A stretch of DNA of 64,000 bases from Podarcis gaigeae (lineage: Eukaryota). Shown here piece after piece: positions 50,761 through 62,709 of this stretch. The stretch is taken from assembly GCA_964106915.2 (NCBI GenBank), contig OZ066918.1; one strand, 5' to 3'. Numbering within the stretch: the stretch's first letter is position 1; every line of letters begins with the position of its first letter. The notes below the pieces were generated by a model. The model made no database searches and had not been told where the DNA came from. It worked only from the letters and a program-made list of their open reading frames with translations. The translations under genes were made by a program, and so were the position numbers.

Positions 50761-52832
50761 ACAGCCCATCTGGAGCTCCTTAAAAGAGCTTCCCCAGGTG
50801 ATCCGGTTTAGGGAGTGCCCAGCAGAAGGAAGAAAAGGGGTAACTGAGCATCTCAGACGGATCCATCCCCCCTGCCCCCTAATTACTTAATGGAGGATTG
50901 TTGGAATCTGCTTTAACTTCTCCCTTCAAAGCTGCTCCTCTTGCTTCCTTGCCAATGGGTTTGCATTTCACTCCAAAAAGGAGTCTCCCCACCCGTTCTA
51001 TTTCTTCTGAGTAATTCAATAGCTGCAGTTCCTGGCATGATGACCCAGCTGTGCTGGAAGGAGCAAAGGTGACCTACCTCTCAAGCCCATTTCTCCCTAA
51101 ATGTTACTCAGCTACTCTTCTGTCCAGTGTGAATTGCCAGTCACAGCCTGTAGTTCATTGGTAGGAAAAAGCATTTCATGCAGCACTATAATATCATGAA
51201 AGCAGTGGTGGTAGCATCCAGAATTCATGCAAATGTTACTTACAAGATCACAACCATATATATATTATTATTAATTTGTCCCTACCATAGAGATCAATCA
51301 GAAGTTGAGTATGCTAAATACCAACCACAGCTCTAGTCTATAAAAAGTCATATTGATCTGTCCCAATTAGTGTGACCTACTTAAGCTTCCACAATTGCAA
51401 AGCCCCTGTGCTCCTCAGCACATTATTGAAACAATAATGCACACAAATAGGTGCACATGCAATAGGAAGTTAGACCATCAGGACTATGAGTCTTGTCCTG
51501 GCTAAAAGATGAATTTCTAAAAAATGTCAAGGCTATAATTACATATGGTTGTCTATTTTTTTGAAATTCACTGTGCAACCAGAGCTTCTGGATCACAACT
51601 GCCTGCAAATCCTATGCCATCTTGAGTTCATCAGAGAAGAAAGGGGTGGGGGAATATACATAAAATAAAATGGGCTGTAGCCCTTAGCAGCCACTAAGTC
51701 AGGATCTCATTTGGAACTGGCCAAAACAGGAGAGCAAGAGGAGCTGTAGACAAGGAATGGCTAGACAGATGGGGAAGTGGTTTGGAGTCAAGCAAAGCAC
51801 TGGAGTCAGACTGTATTCCTAGCAGCAGGTAGCGCCCCCACCAGTTATAGTAACCCCTGTGGCCACTTGAATGATAATCCAGATGCAAACTCACCCACTG
51901 TTCCTTCTTCCTTTGCTTTTCCTTCTAAACTGTGCAGGAATCCCGACAATGAAGAATTGATCTGTCATCAGAAACATGTCCCTCAAGACCCGGATGAAAG
52001 AATGAGCAATGACCCCATCAGCACCATGACCACAGCATTCCTTCCCACTCTCCTTCCTCACAGGAGCTCCAGCAGCTTACATATATCATTGCACAGAGCT
52101 GTTGTATAGCAGTTAACTATCTCACCCCTTGAACAAAATCCTACCTTAAAATTGGCTAAGAGAGCTCTGTGGGTGATAGCCCTTTGAGGGTAAAGTTTTA
52201 ACTACAAGGTTTTTCAGACATGCTGTCTAGGAAATATGGTCTACTGATCTCAGTGGGGTTTATTCTGAGTGAGCATTCCTACTAGGGTTAAGCAAAAAGG
52301 TAAGTATTCTGAGTACCTGCCCAACAGATCTGGCACATCTTGTATTTCCTGGAGGTTCTGCAAATCTTGAGCATTTTCATAATGCAAAATAAAACCATTT
52401 CATAATCACTGATATGGGGGTGTTGTGTTGTTGAGCAGAATCAGGATGGGGTATGCAAAGATGCCTTCAGCCATTGCAAATACCATGAAGAAATTAGAGC
52501 TGGCATATGCCTAGATCCAGACTCCCACGTCCAGCATAGAAGGCAGAGTTTTGTTTTATTTGTTTGTTTATTTACGAGTACAACCCACTTTACTAACATG
52601 AGTCAATCAGGGCTGCTTGCAGACAATAATTAAAACATGTGATCATACCCTTTGTTTTTCAGCTCAAGGAACATGAGGGCAGTGGTGGTTAAATCATTTT
52701 CTGCCTAAAATAAACACTTTAAAATGCAAATATAAGTAACCTACACGAAAAGGGGAAAAACTTCAAGAAAAATACATCCCAAGTATATCTGTAAATTGAT
52801 TCAGTTTAAATTGAGATAGTAACATAATTATC

Positions 52833-53076
52833 GTAAAGGTAAAAGGACCCCTGACCATTAGGTCCAGTTGTGGCTGACTCTGGGGTTGCGGCGCTCATAT
52901 CGCTTTACTGGCCGAGGGAGCCGGCGTACAGCTTCCGGGTCATGTGGCCAGCATGACTAAGCCGCTTCTGGAGAACCAGAGCAGCGCACGGAAACGCCGT
53001 TTACCTTCCCGCCAGAGCGGTACCTATTTATCTACTTGCACTTTGACGTGCTTTCGAACTGCTAGGTTGGCAGGAG
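52833..53076 (-). mobile_element. 5'-truncated Sauria SINE (different subfamily from 20418)
   Basis: (ACCTTT)-type tail and the shared core cacggaaacgccgtttaccttcccgc...gtgctttcgaactgctaggttggcagg. TSD ataattatc at 52824-52832 and 53077-53085. Confidence 0.93.
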
Positions 53077-54610
53077 ATAATTATCATAGCTGGAGTGTAA
53101 TCCAGAATCTCTTATACATTTGGGCTACTTGGTTTCATCTAAGAAAAGAAAATGCCCCATCCAAGTAAAGGAGCTTGCGCATCGCATCCAAGCGCAAAGT
53201 GTATCCTTTCCCAGGTCAAAAAGGAACGATCCCGCGTGTACAGAGCTTTGGATCATATAGTTAAGCACAAGTGCTGCACATGAGCTCAAAACGAGGGTCT
53301 AGTATTTTTCACCCAAACATTTTGACCACAGAGCAGCTTGAAGTGAAGCCTCTCAAATGATACTGGCAGGCACAGTGTTTCCCTCACACAGCAGCAGAGA
53401 CAAGATAAGTCCTTTTATCAACTCTGAAAGATCTCAAGGCTCTTTTGGAATCTGGACCCAGCAGCTCTGTTGCAAAGGAATACTTTATTCAGACAGGCAA
53501 ATGATGACAAATGTCTTAAAGACAAACGTCAAAGGAAAAGGACAGGTGACAGTGGTACCAGTTATGTAATGCTTAAAGAAAGTTCAAATCAGGTTCCATG
53601 CATAATCTCAATGACACTTTTAATGGCCCTGTAAGGTTGGCCAGAATTTTTATCTGAGGCCAAAAAAGAGAACTTTCTCCCTCAGAATTCTTGGCCATTG
53701 GAATCTGGATATCCTACCTGTACAGTTTAATAAAAGTTGCCTGCGATAGAGTTCTTCTTCATTTAAAAAACATTTTATATACCACCTTCCATTAAGAAAG
53801 TCCAAGGCAGATCATGACAATACAAAATACAATTCACCCACACCACTATGAATTCTGCAGGATCCAATAGCAGATAGAGGGGCTCTGGCAGTTGTTCCTG
53901 AAGTGCCCTGCTATGACAACAGTACATATAAGCCAATCATAAGAGAGGTAAAGAGATGGGAAGCAAAGGGACCAGAGATGAAGGGAGAGAATACATGCGC
54001 ACACCAGTCAGTGAAAAAGGAGGGAGAACCCGTGGAGGTTTCAAAATATGCTTGAACATTCTTTTTTCAATGTTGTTCCTGTGAGGCACTATACTTGTGA
54101 CTTGTTCACATGAAATTGATGAAGACAACAACCATGACCTGTGAACATGTTGGTTCTGCGTCATTCCAATATAAGAGGGAAACTAATAGATGGAGTGTTT
54201 AGCCATTTTTAACTGAACAAAATTATTTATTTTTTGTTTAGATATGTCCAGTACTATGAACAGTGTAATAAACAAAATCTATCACTCCTATCACTTTGCA
54301 CATACAGCTAATGATTTGCATCAGTGAATGAGCCATTCCAGACTAATAACTGCAAAGAGAATAATATTGCCTGATTGTCAACTCAAACACAATACTTTTC
54401 AATGTTGACTGGTCACACATCCCCCGGCGTCACTGAGCATTAATGATAAAGTGATATATGTACATGTGTAAGTCACATCTAAGTGGATGTATCGCTATCA
54501 AAGATTGATTAGAGAAAGGAATATACTAGAGCAGGTTTTAGATACATGCTGCCAATCATTAGCTTCTTCAAAGTGGAGCAGACAGAATATTTTACAGTGT
54601 ATAAGATGTA

Positions 54611-54843
54611 CAGTGGTACCTCGGGTTAAGTACTTAATTCGTTCCAGAGGTCTGTACTTAACCTGAAACTGTTCTTAACCTGAAGCACCACTTTAGTTAA
54701 TGGGGCCTCCTGCTGCCGCCGTGCACGATTTCTGTTCTCATCCTGAAGCAAAGTTCTTAACCTGAAGCACTATTTCTGGGTTAGCGGAGTCTGTAACCTG
54801 AAGCGTATGTAACCTGAAGCGTATGTAACCCGAGGTACCACTG
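54611..54843 (-). mobile_element. Tc1/mariner MITE, same family as 26596/28240, opposite orientation
   Basis: TIR cagtggtacctcgg / ccgaggtaccactg, TA TSD. Confidence 0.93.
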
Positions 54844-55429
54844 TATACATATAAGTCAATCTGATGTCAGGACAGAATCTCGGTATACCCTGTAACCCAG
54901 GGGATGTTCCCTGATACATAAGAAATTAGGAATGTGAATATCTCACTGGCTATTATTTCTATTCATCTCGGCCCATTTTAAAGTTAGATGGCTGAAGGTG
55001 CCTTTTTAAAATAAGTGAAGTACTTCTACAGAGATTGCACAGTGCTTTACTGAACACTGGAAAAATTTAGGCCACTGCTATGCCTGTCACAAAGCTCAGC
55101 TATCCAGTCTGTCCTGCTCCCTAACAATGTGCCAGTTCAGCTAATTGAAGTCAAATAACTTTCTAAAGGAAGTTGGAAGGCACTAATTAAAATCTGGTCT
55201 CTTGTGAATGGAAGCTTTGGCAAAACTGGATTTATTTCCATTTGACATTTCAATATTATTTTCCCCTTCAGCAGAGCTAGACATGGTTGGCATGTGCAAC
55301 TATGCTGATGTTTGCAAGCCATTTGGTGAAAGTATACTTACATAAGCAGGGGCAAGCTCTCTGTCTGTTAGTCAATGTGACGATGTTTACAGACAGTGGC
55401 ACTAGAGTCTGCTGCAGTAAATGAAGATA

Positions 55430-55641
55430 CAGTCATACCTCATGTTACAGCTGCTTCAGGTTACCTGTTTTCAGGTTGCGGACTGTGGGAAACCCGGAAG
55501 TACCGGAACGGGTTACTTCCAGGTTTCACGGCTCACACATGCGCAGAAGCGCCAAATCACACCGGCGCTTCAGGATGCGAAGGCTTTGGGTTTCAGATGT
55601 GCTTCCGTCACGGATTACGTCTGCAACCTGAGGTTCCACTG
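55430..55641. mobile_element. Tc1/mariner MITE, third related family
   Basis: cagtcatacctc / gaggttccactg, TA TSD, internal ttcaggtt repeats. Confidence 0.85.
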
Positions 55642-55826
55642 TAGAACAGGAATAATGTCCTTTGTGTTGGCTCCCCATCCATCCTCTTCCCAGTATGAAC
55701 CATGGAAGAGCAGCACTTAAGAGCCGGGCCACACTGCATGCATGGAGGATAATTCCATATGAAAGTTTTTTCTCACAGGGAAAGCCGTAAGACTATGAGA
55801 TATTTGCAGTGACAGCAAGTGTTACG

Positions 55827-56229
55827 TAGTAATAGAAAGATCTCGGTTGGTTCCTTCAGTTTCTCATTTTTTCAGTCTTAAATTCAGTTCTCCACATTTC
55901 TGCAGCAATTTGAAAATTTTCTCTCAAAAAATACACATGAGAATTCTTCAGCACTTTTGTGCAAATTTCTCCTAGTGAACACATTTTTGTACACAATTTT
56001 GACTAATTTATGCCAGCAACTTCCAGAACAATGCATTTTGGTATTTAATTTTCACTTATATGTTCATTTTCATTGACATTTTTGCCTAATATATGCATTT
56101 CTGTAAGCAATACTTAGTTGGTTAGTTGGAGAACTGCATCACAGCATTCAGTCAAGGACAAATTTTCAAGGATAGCTATGTTTTGATAAATCTGGCTTTA
56201 ATTCACACTGAATTCTTCTCCCATGCTTA
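55827..56229 (+). mobile_element. Old hAT-type MITE (TAGGGATG-like family)
   Basis: Degenerate TIRs, degenerate 8-bp TSD gtgttacg/gtgttggg, colinear with the 34898 and 60177 copies. Confidence 0.7.
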
Positions 56230-57019
56230 GTGTTGGGCAAGGGCTTTGCAGAGTACATGGCCAGCCTGAGGCCTGACAGGTCAGCCGTGTTTTCACTCAC
56301 CACAGCAGGCACTCCTAGTTGCAGGATGTTGGGGTGGTAGCAGCAGCAGCAGCACCACATCTGGCTGCCATTAATGAGCCTGCAGTCAGGTCATGTCCTT
56401 TCTGGCAGTAAATTCCTCCTCGGGGCAGCCCCAACAGAAGCCCTGCAGGGTCTCCTAGGCTCTTGCCTTCAAGACGAGCAGAGAAATGCTCATTTTGCCC
56501 TTCTCAAGGAAGTGATTAGTTAAATCAGCATGAGCCTTCCAATCCAGGCACAGAGCCGGATGTCTACACACATGGGGCCAAGAGTCACGTGCTGGGGGAG
56601 TGTTTCATATCCACAGTCTAGGCCCCAAGAAGTAATTTGTCCCTTCAAGCATGATAAATGCTGGGGCCACAAAACAATTCTGAGCTGCTTATTCATATGC
56701 TTTTGCTGACTACGGTAATCCATTAATTGATTAAATCTAAATAATAGGCATGTCACTTCTTTGACATAGTGATGTATGTTGACATAACTCATAGTATAAA
56801 AAGCAAATGTTACCATCCTTTGTTAGAACAGGCACCTTTAATATTTTCTTGTACATTCCCTATTATAGTAACATACCAGAAATAAAATAGCCTAAAAAAT
56901 GAACAAAACTTAACCAAAACTGGCACAAGATTCCCCACCATCAATTAATTCACAATTAATCAGTAACTAATCTACAGATGAAACTTTGCAGTCCCAATTA
57001 ATATAGTTCTGGAAGTGAT

Positions 57020-57216
57020 TGCAACATCCCCTATGGAAAGCAAAAGCAGGGTCAATGCTAATCTTTCCACAGCCAGCCACAGAAAGGATGTACATTTTAG
57101 CACAACCTCTGACTGTTGCATGCCTCCTTTGCCTCACACACCAAGGGCAGGTGGCCCCCAGAAGTTTCTCTATGAAAGGAATGCGGCCCTCAGGCTGAAA
57201 AAGCTTCCACACCCTC
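57020..57216. mobile_element. hAT/Charlie-like MITE terminal relic
   Basis: Ends aatgcggccctcaggctgaaaaagcttccacaccctc. Confidence 0.4.
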
Positions 57217-60176
57217 GAAGTAGAAGGAAATTTCCCTGCCCTGTGGTGCTACGTTGAGTCATATTTCATTGTTCCATATTTCATTGTTCCACCTGCTCTT
57301 CCTCACCCTTGGTCACAACTGTAGGGTAAGCACACATGGTTCTGTCAGTGGTGGCAGCAAGTCTCATACTCAATTTACAGTATTTGATAAACTTGAAATA
57401 TGTTACTAGTGCACTTGAAAATTTGTTTGAAGTGGGGGATATAAGCACTGAAAATAAATATAAGTATGAACAGGGGGGAAGAAAAAGGAAAAAAAAACCC
57501 ACAGCTTCCACCAATCAAAGAGACCAATGGCCTCTGCCAGGTCCCAGCTGAGGTGATGTTTTCATCCCAGAATGGCTTTCTCAGACACTCACTCACAAGC
57601 AAAACTGGCTCTGCTGCATTCCAAATAGGACACTGTCCAAACAGCCAGGTTTCAGAAATTGGCAGAGGACCAGCACTGGGACACGTAACTTGGGAGAGAA
57701 GTGAGGGCCAATTCACATGGCCCACAATCATTCCTAGGCCTGTGGCAGGTTCAGAACACATTACACTGGGCCACACAGCAAGATGAGAATCTAAATTACT
57801 CTATTTCATGGCCATATCATTCTCGCTGTTGGTGTATGATAAGGAAAATGGAGTGTGGGAAAAGCAGTCTGTCATATGCTGAAAGGTGATCAAGCCATAG
57901 GGATAGAACAGTCACATAAAGGCTGCACACTGAAGGCTGATTTTCTGTCAGAAACTGATCCAAAGCCTTTAGCATAGGTACGAACACAGCCATTTCACAG
58001 ATATCTACCTCTTATCTTTGCTCTTCTGTTTAGCCATATGGCAAGGCAGGGTAGTGGGAAAGGATAACAAAACACATTTTAACTACCGTAGCTTGTTATT
58101 TTCCCTGGAATAGCAGGAAGATGCCATTTGTGCAAGAGGTTGAGCTTCATTCTCAGAGGCAGCTGTGTACTGTAGTCTACGTTCATCTGGTGGCAAAACA
58201 AGGCTTGATAAAGAAAGTGGTGATCCCGTGAATGACCTGGGGCTCCTCCAGGCATCCTTTTTATTGTGCATTCATGATTATTTGTGATCATGATGCTATT
58301 GGGGTGGCCCCACGTGGCCCCACTTTCAATACTGTTTGCACCTGCGAATGTTTTGGAGAAGTGATACCGCTTCGCTCCTGGTCAGTGACCATCCTGTAAT
58401 TTCCTGCCAAAACCCTGTAACTTTTTATACCACAAGTGTTCTGGTTTATTTTTGTCCCCCTTTTGTTGCACTATAGTCGCTCTGGGCAGCAATAATGTGG
58501 TAGCACTGAGGGGAAATCACAGAACATACTAAAGCAGAATAAACCCACCAATAAGGCAGTATTTTTGTGTGAAGAAGAACACACCATGCTGGAGGGGCCC
58601 CTTGACACTTGGACAGTTTACTCCCTACACCTCACTCCATCCCAGAAAACCCCTGCCTGATGCATTTTTCTCCTGCAAGTATTTGTCCTCTGGTCCTGAG
58701 GGAGCAGGTGCAATTGCCCCCTCAGCCAGTCATCTCATCCCATCCCATACACACAACCAAAATGATAGAATCCATCATAGGAAAGAGAAATATTTACATG
58801 GCTCTGTCTAGTTATATGTAAATATTATGTTCTACCCACTAAGAACACAGAGCTAAGTTACATTTATGAAATGAGAGATTAAACCTCCTAACAATTATCA
58901 GGCTACATCGATTTCACCCAAGGAGGCTGCGCGCAGCCCTGCCACTTGAAAGACGTTTTGCCTCACAGAGGCACCTGGAGCCAAAATCTTCTATCCTCCC
59001 AACATAAACATACTTTAAAAGGCCAAGAGACTGCAATAACCGGCTGCCCCCTCGGGCGCTAGGTCCTAGGCAAAAATGCAAGCAATGCCCTAGGCCTCTT
59101 TGAAACTGCCGTGCAGACTAGCACAGGAGGGGAAGACCCTCCTTTCTGGGGGAAGTTTGTTTACTGGAGAGTAAGCAAGTTGTCAGGGGAGATTCCAAGA
59201 GCTCAAGTGGGAATAAACAGCTGAGGGGATTATGTTACACAAAATGATAAATGGCTTGAAGGGATCCTGCCCAAACATCATGCAGCCACAAGTCTGGGGA
59301 TCTGTCACAGCTAGGTGTCTTCTCCAGAGACTGGGAAAGCCTCCAGCCCTGGGTGCCTCCTGCTTTCTCCCCACAAAGTGTGGGGCGCTGACATAGATGT
59401 TCATGTCACACAAACTCAGCACCCATCCCAAAACCTTGGGAACTAGGGGTTCTTTTTAAACCTGGGCCTCGTTTCTGGTGAAAACTTGGGCACTTCTTGG
59501 TGGGGCTTTCCGCTGCCACCCACTGGCCAGAGGTGGGAGAACTAGATCCTTCTCTCCTGTCCTCCCACTAGCCAGGCAGGACATTTACGAGTGCCCTGCA
59601 GCTCTCCCCACTACCTCACAGCCTGTCAGTCATTCCAGGACCCATTTCATGGATAATTCAAACAACACCCGTAATAGAAACAGCCACTCGGCTCCATCTG
59701 GACCATTATCTCTTTTATATTTGCTCTTTAATATTTACTGGGTTCACACAAAGTGCATGTGCTGCTTTGGTTTCAAGGACACCAAATTTAGTAATTGCTG
59801 CATCCCTTCTACTAAAGCAAGTGAGGGCAGGGAGAGGGGAAGAAGCTTGAAATCCTTGCACGGCTATTTTGAGGAGTGCTAAAGAGCTACAAAAAGACTT
59901 GTGTTGCTTGTTAGGGCAGAGGCCCAGGGTGAAAGTCGTCAGACAATTTCTGCTAGGCCTGCTAACGCTCCTCTCAACCAAGTGCATCTTAAAGGAAGGC
60001 AGGAGTAGCTGTTGCCTCTTGAAGAACAGCATCCCAGGGCTACATCTCTCATAAAAACTGCAGCCCCCCATCAGATTATTATTTTTTTTTCAAATAAAGG
60101 GGAGCTTACTTCACAGGTGGCCAAATGCTCGTCTGAAGGCTGGTTGCACCCAGCAACGTAGCTAGCTACTGGCACC

Positions 60177-60662
60177 TAGAGATGGGCAAAACTGTCAATT
60201 TTGGTCTCTTGTTTTTCCAGTCTCACGTTCACCTCTTGGCATTTACATATCAGCTTACAGTTTTAAAAAAAATGTTCTCACAAAAAAAGGATCAACATGT
60301 TAATGTGAACTTCTCCTATGCACAGTTTTGTGTGTAATTTTGCATAACAGACATAGTTTTGCAACCAGTTTTCTCTAACACATAAAAATGCAGCATATTA
60401 GAGAAAATTGGTTGCAAAACTATGTTACACAAAAGTACACACAAAACTGTGCATATGAGAAGCTCACATTTTCACTGACATCCATTTCTAGACATACCTC
60501 CCCCTAATGCGCATATTTTAATACACACCATACGAATGGAGAACTTCACTGCAAAATTTGGCAAAGCGAAAATTCCAATGGACAGTTGGTTCATAAGTTC
60601 AAGTATTATTTAGGGAAGTACAAATTAGGTAACTTCTCATTAAGATTTCTCTCCCATCCCTA
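60177..60662 (+). mobile_element. Old hAT-type MITE (~485 bp)
   Basis: TIRs tagagatggg / cccatcccta (Ac-like TAGGGATG). Degenerate TSD ctggcacc/ctagtaac. Confidence 0.72.
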
Positions 60663-60974
60663 CTAGTAACTTGATCATATTTTAATCAATGTGTGTGCAG
60701 TAAAAAGCTTGCCTTTAGTTTTTTGTTCATACGGAGAATGTGTTAGTTTGTTCTCTGAATGATATGTCTCTCTTTGGCTTTGAATGTGGAAAGGTCAAAT
60801 CCGAGTCAAATACCTTTCTGGTCCCCAGATCACTACCTGAAGAATAGAGTGGCCCTTCCAGAGAAGATGACTGTCCCTGGTTTATGCCTAGGATGTGTAA
60901 TAAGAGATATTTAAATTGAGGCACTCCAGTCCCAGCAGAAACCTAAGATGAGTCAGGAATATGACATATAGAGA

Positions 60975-61390
60975 GGTGCTGCCAGATTAACAATGATATA
61001 TCTTCCTACTCACTACCAAGTCCAATTCAGTTTGTTGGTGCCAACCCTAAATGGTTTGGGACCCAAATACCTGAAGGCAAGCCTCTCCTTGGTGGTTCCC
61101 CATTTGTGGAGTGTCCTCCCATTACATACCCAACTGGCACAGACATTGATATCATTTCTGCACCATATTAAAACTTATCTGTTCACTCAGGAATTTTAAA
61201 TGTTTGTAAGGGAATGGTTGTTTTAGCCTACACTGCCCTTTCATAGTTGCCCCATGTGTATGTATTTTTTATGGGCTTGTCTATTGTTTATGTATAAATT
61301 CAGTTGTTTAATATCATACCCTGCTGCCCTGGTATCAGTTCTGATAAAGGGTAGGCTATATACACATATTTTAAAATAAATAAATACTCA
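60975..61390 (+). mobile_element. L2-type LINE 3' end
   Basis: LPTHYQVQF.LLV..LNGLGPKYLK...LWSVLP...IKTYLF, followed by an aataaataaat tail. Confidence 0.65.
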
Positions 61391-61916
61391 TGGAACAGCT
61401 ATTTTTCACTTCATTTTAAAGGGCATGTGCTAATCATTTTTCTTGTTGTTCTGGCTGCATCAAAACGCTGCTCAAAGCCACAGATCACCTCTTGCTGCTT
61501 AAATCAAATCCAGGAGTCTGTCTGTGTCCCAAGAAGCTGTTAAGCAACCCAACCCATTATTGCTGTTACATGAGACCATCAAACAGAAGAATGAACACAC
61601 TGTGGGTTTTCCTAGTATTTATTCCCCTTCTCTGACTTCTATCTTATTGGGCACAGATTTTGGTTTATGTGTAACAAGGTCAGATTGTCGCTTTCTCTTG
61701 CATTCTGAAACTGGCAGCATCCAAGTTGCCAGCAAAGTGAGGAGACACACTCTAGATTACATTTTAATTTGTGTAACATTTCCTGCAGACTGTGAGCTGC
61801 CATAGCTCAGGAGCCACCTGCTTTCTCTTCTCACCATGAAACAAGCAGCAATTTGTCCTACCAGAGTCTCAGCAATGAGGGCAGATCCTTGGCTCATGAT
61901 GGCCTTGCAACCTTAC

Positions 61917-62078
61917 CTGTTAGCGTGAGATTGGTGTAAGTGTTGGAAAACTGCTCCTTGAGGAGAACCAGGTGCATCTGAGCTGCCTTTTCCCTCTGTA
62001 GCTCCAACATGATGTCTGGGTGCTGGGCAATCTTGCAGCCTTTCTGTTTATCCAAGGCAATATCACTGCGAATGATGT
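61917..62078 (-). CDS. HPSE2: Heparanase-2 coding exon (exon 3 by human numbering), 162 nt, phase 1-1
   Basis: Translates (D)IIRSDIALDKQKGCKIAQHPDIMLELQREKAAQMHLVLLKEQFSNTYTNLTLT(A), near-identical to recalled human HPSE2. Acceptor ...ttttataccacag| and donor |gtaagg. Joins exon 4 in frame (G|CC=Ala). Confidence 0.97.
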
Positions 62079-62505
62079 CTGTGGTATAAAAGAACAAAAG
62101 GCTCAACAAAAAACTCACAGCTTTCAGTCCTTAGCAAAAGTCTCTACTCTTTAAGTTGAAACCAGACAAACTCGCCTGATGGGCAATGCATTCCCACCTG
62201 CCCCTTGCAGGTCTGTGCTTCCTTCCAGTCAATCTTCCTCAGCATCTCATGACTCTGTCAGCTTCAGACCCCTGACGGCCAGCATTTTCATTCACCATTC
62301 ATGCCTTCTTTCTAATGAGAAGTTTTGCTTGGACCAAGCTTGCACAAGTTCTGAGTCACCAAGCCAAACACAGCAGCACATGGCCATTGACAACCTCATG
62401 TTTTTGCACCATGGCAGAACCTCACAACATCAGTCATACCAACAGGGGCTTAGTCATGTACACATCTCCCAGTGGGATTCATGCTATAGCCAACCAACAG
62501 AGTCT

Positions 62506-62533
62506 TGCTGCTGCTGCTGCTGCTGCTGCTGCT
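62506..62533. repeat. (TGC)9 trinucleotide repeat [(CAG)n on the HPSE2 sense strand]
   Basis: Direct reading of the sequence. Confidence 0.95.
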
Positions 62534-62654
62534 AAACAAAAACCAGAGTAATGTAAGAGTTATGTAAGAGTATAAATGGCTAGAAATCTGACATTTTAAA
62601 ATACAGAAACTGGTGGAAGAGTATTTCAATTGCCCTGAGATACTTTGATGAAGG

Positions 62655-62657
<3 letters not shown>

Positions 62658-62697
<40 letters not shown>
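62658..62697. repeat. (GT)20 microsatellite [(CA)n on the HPSE2 sense strand]
   Basis: Direct reading of the sequence. Confidence 0.97.

Positions 62698-62709
<12 letters not shown>

Larger units (their letters stand above)
4423..61916 (-). other. HPSE2: HPSE2 intron 3 (~57.5 kb)
   Basis: GT..AG bounded. Exons 3 and 4 join in frame with no HPSE2 residues missing relative to the recalled human protein. Confidence 0.92.

Noticed and set aside
51820-51837. CTCF-like GCAGCAGGTAGCGC
   Set aside because: It has core mismatches and no correctly spaced upstream motif, so it is not supportable without ChIP data.
4423-61916. Nested protein-coding gene among the many 60-150 aa ORFs
   Set aside because: None resembles a family I recognise or forms a consistent exon chain. 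Short exons of an unknown gene cannot be fully excluded without RNA-seq.
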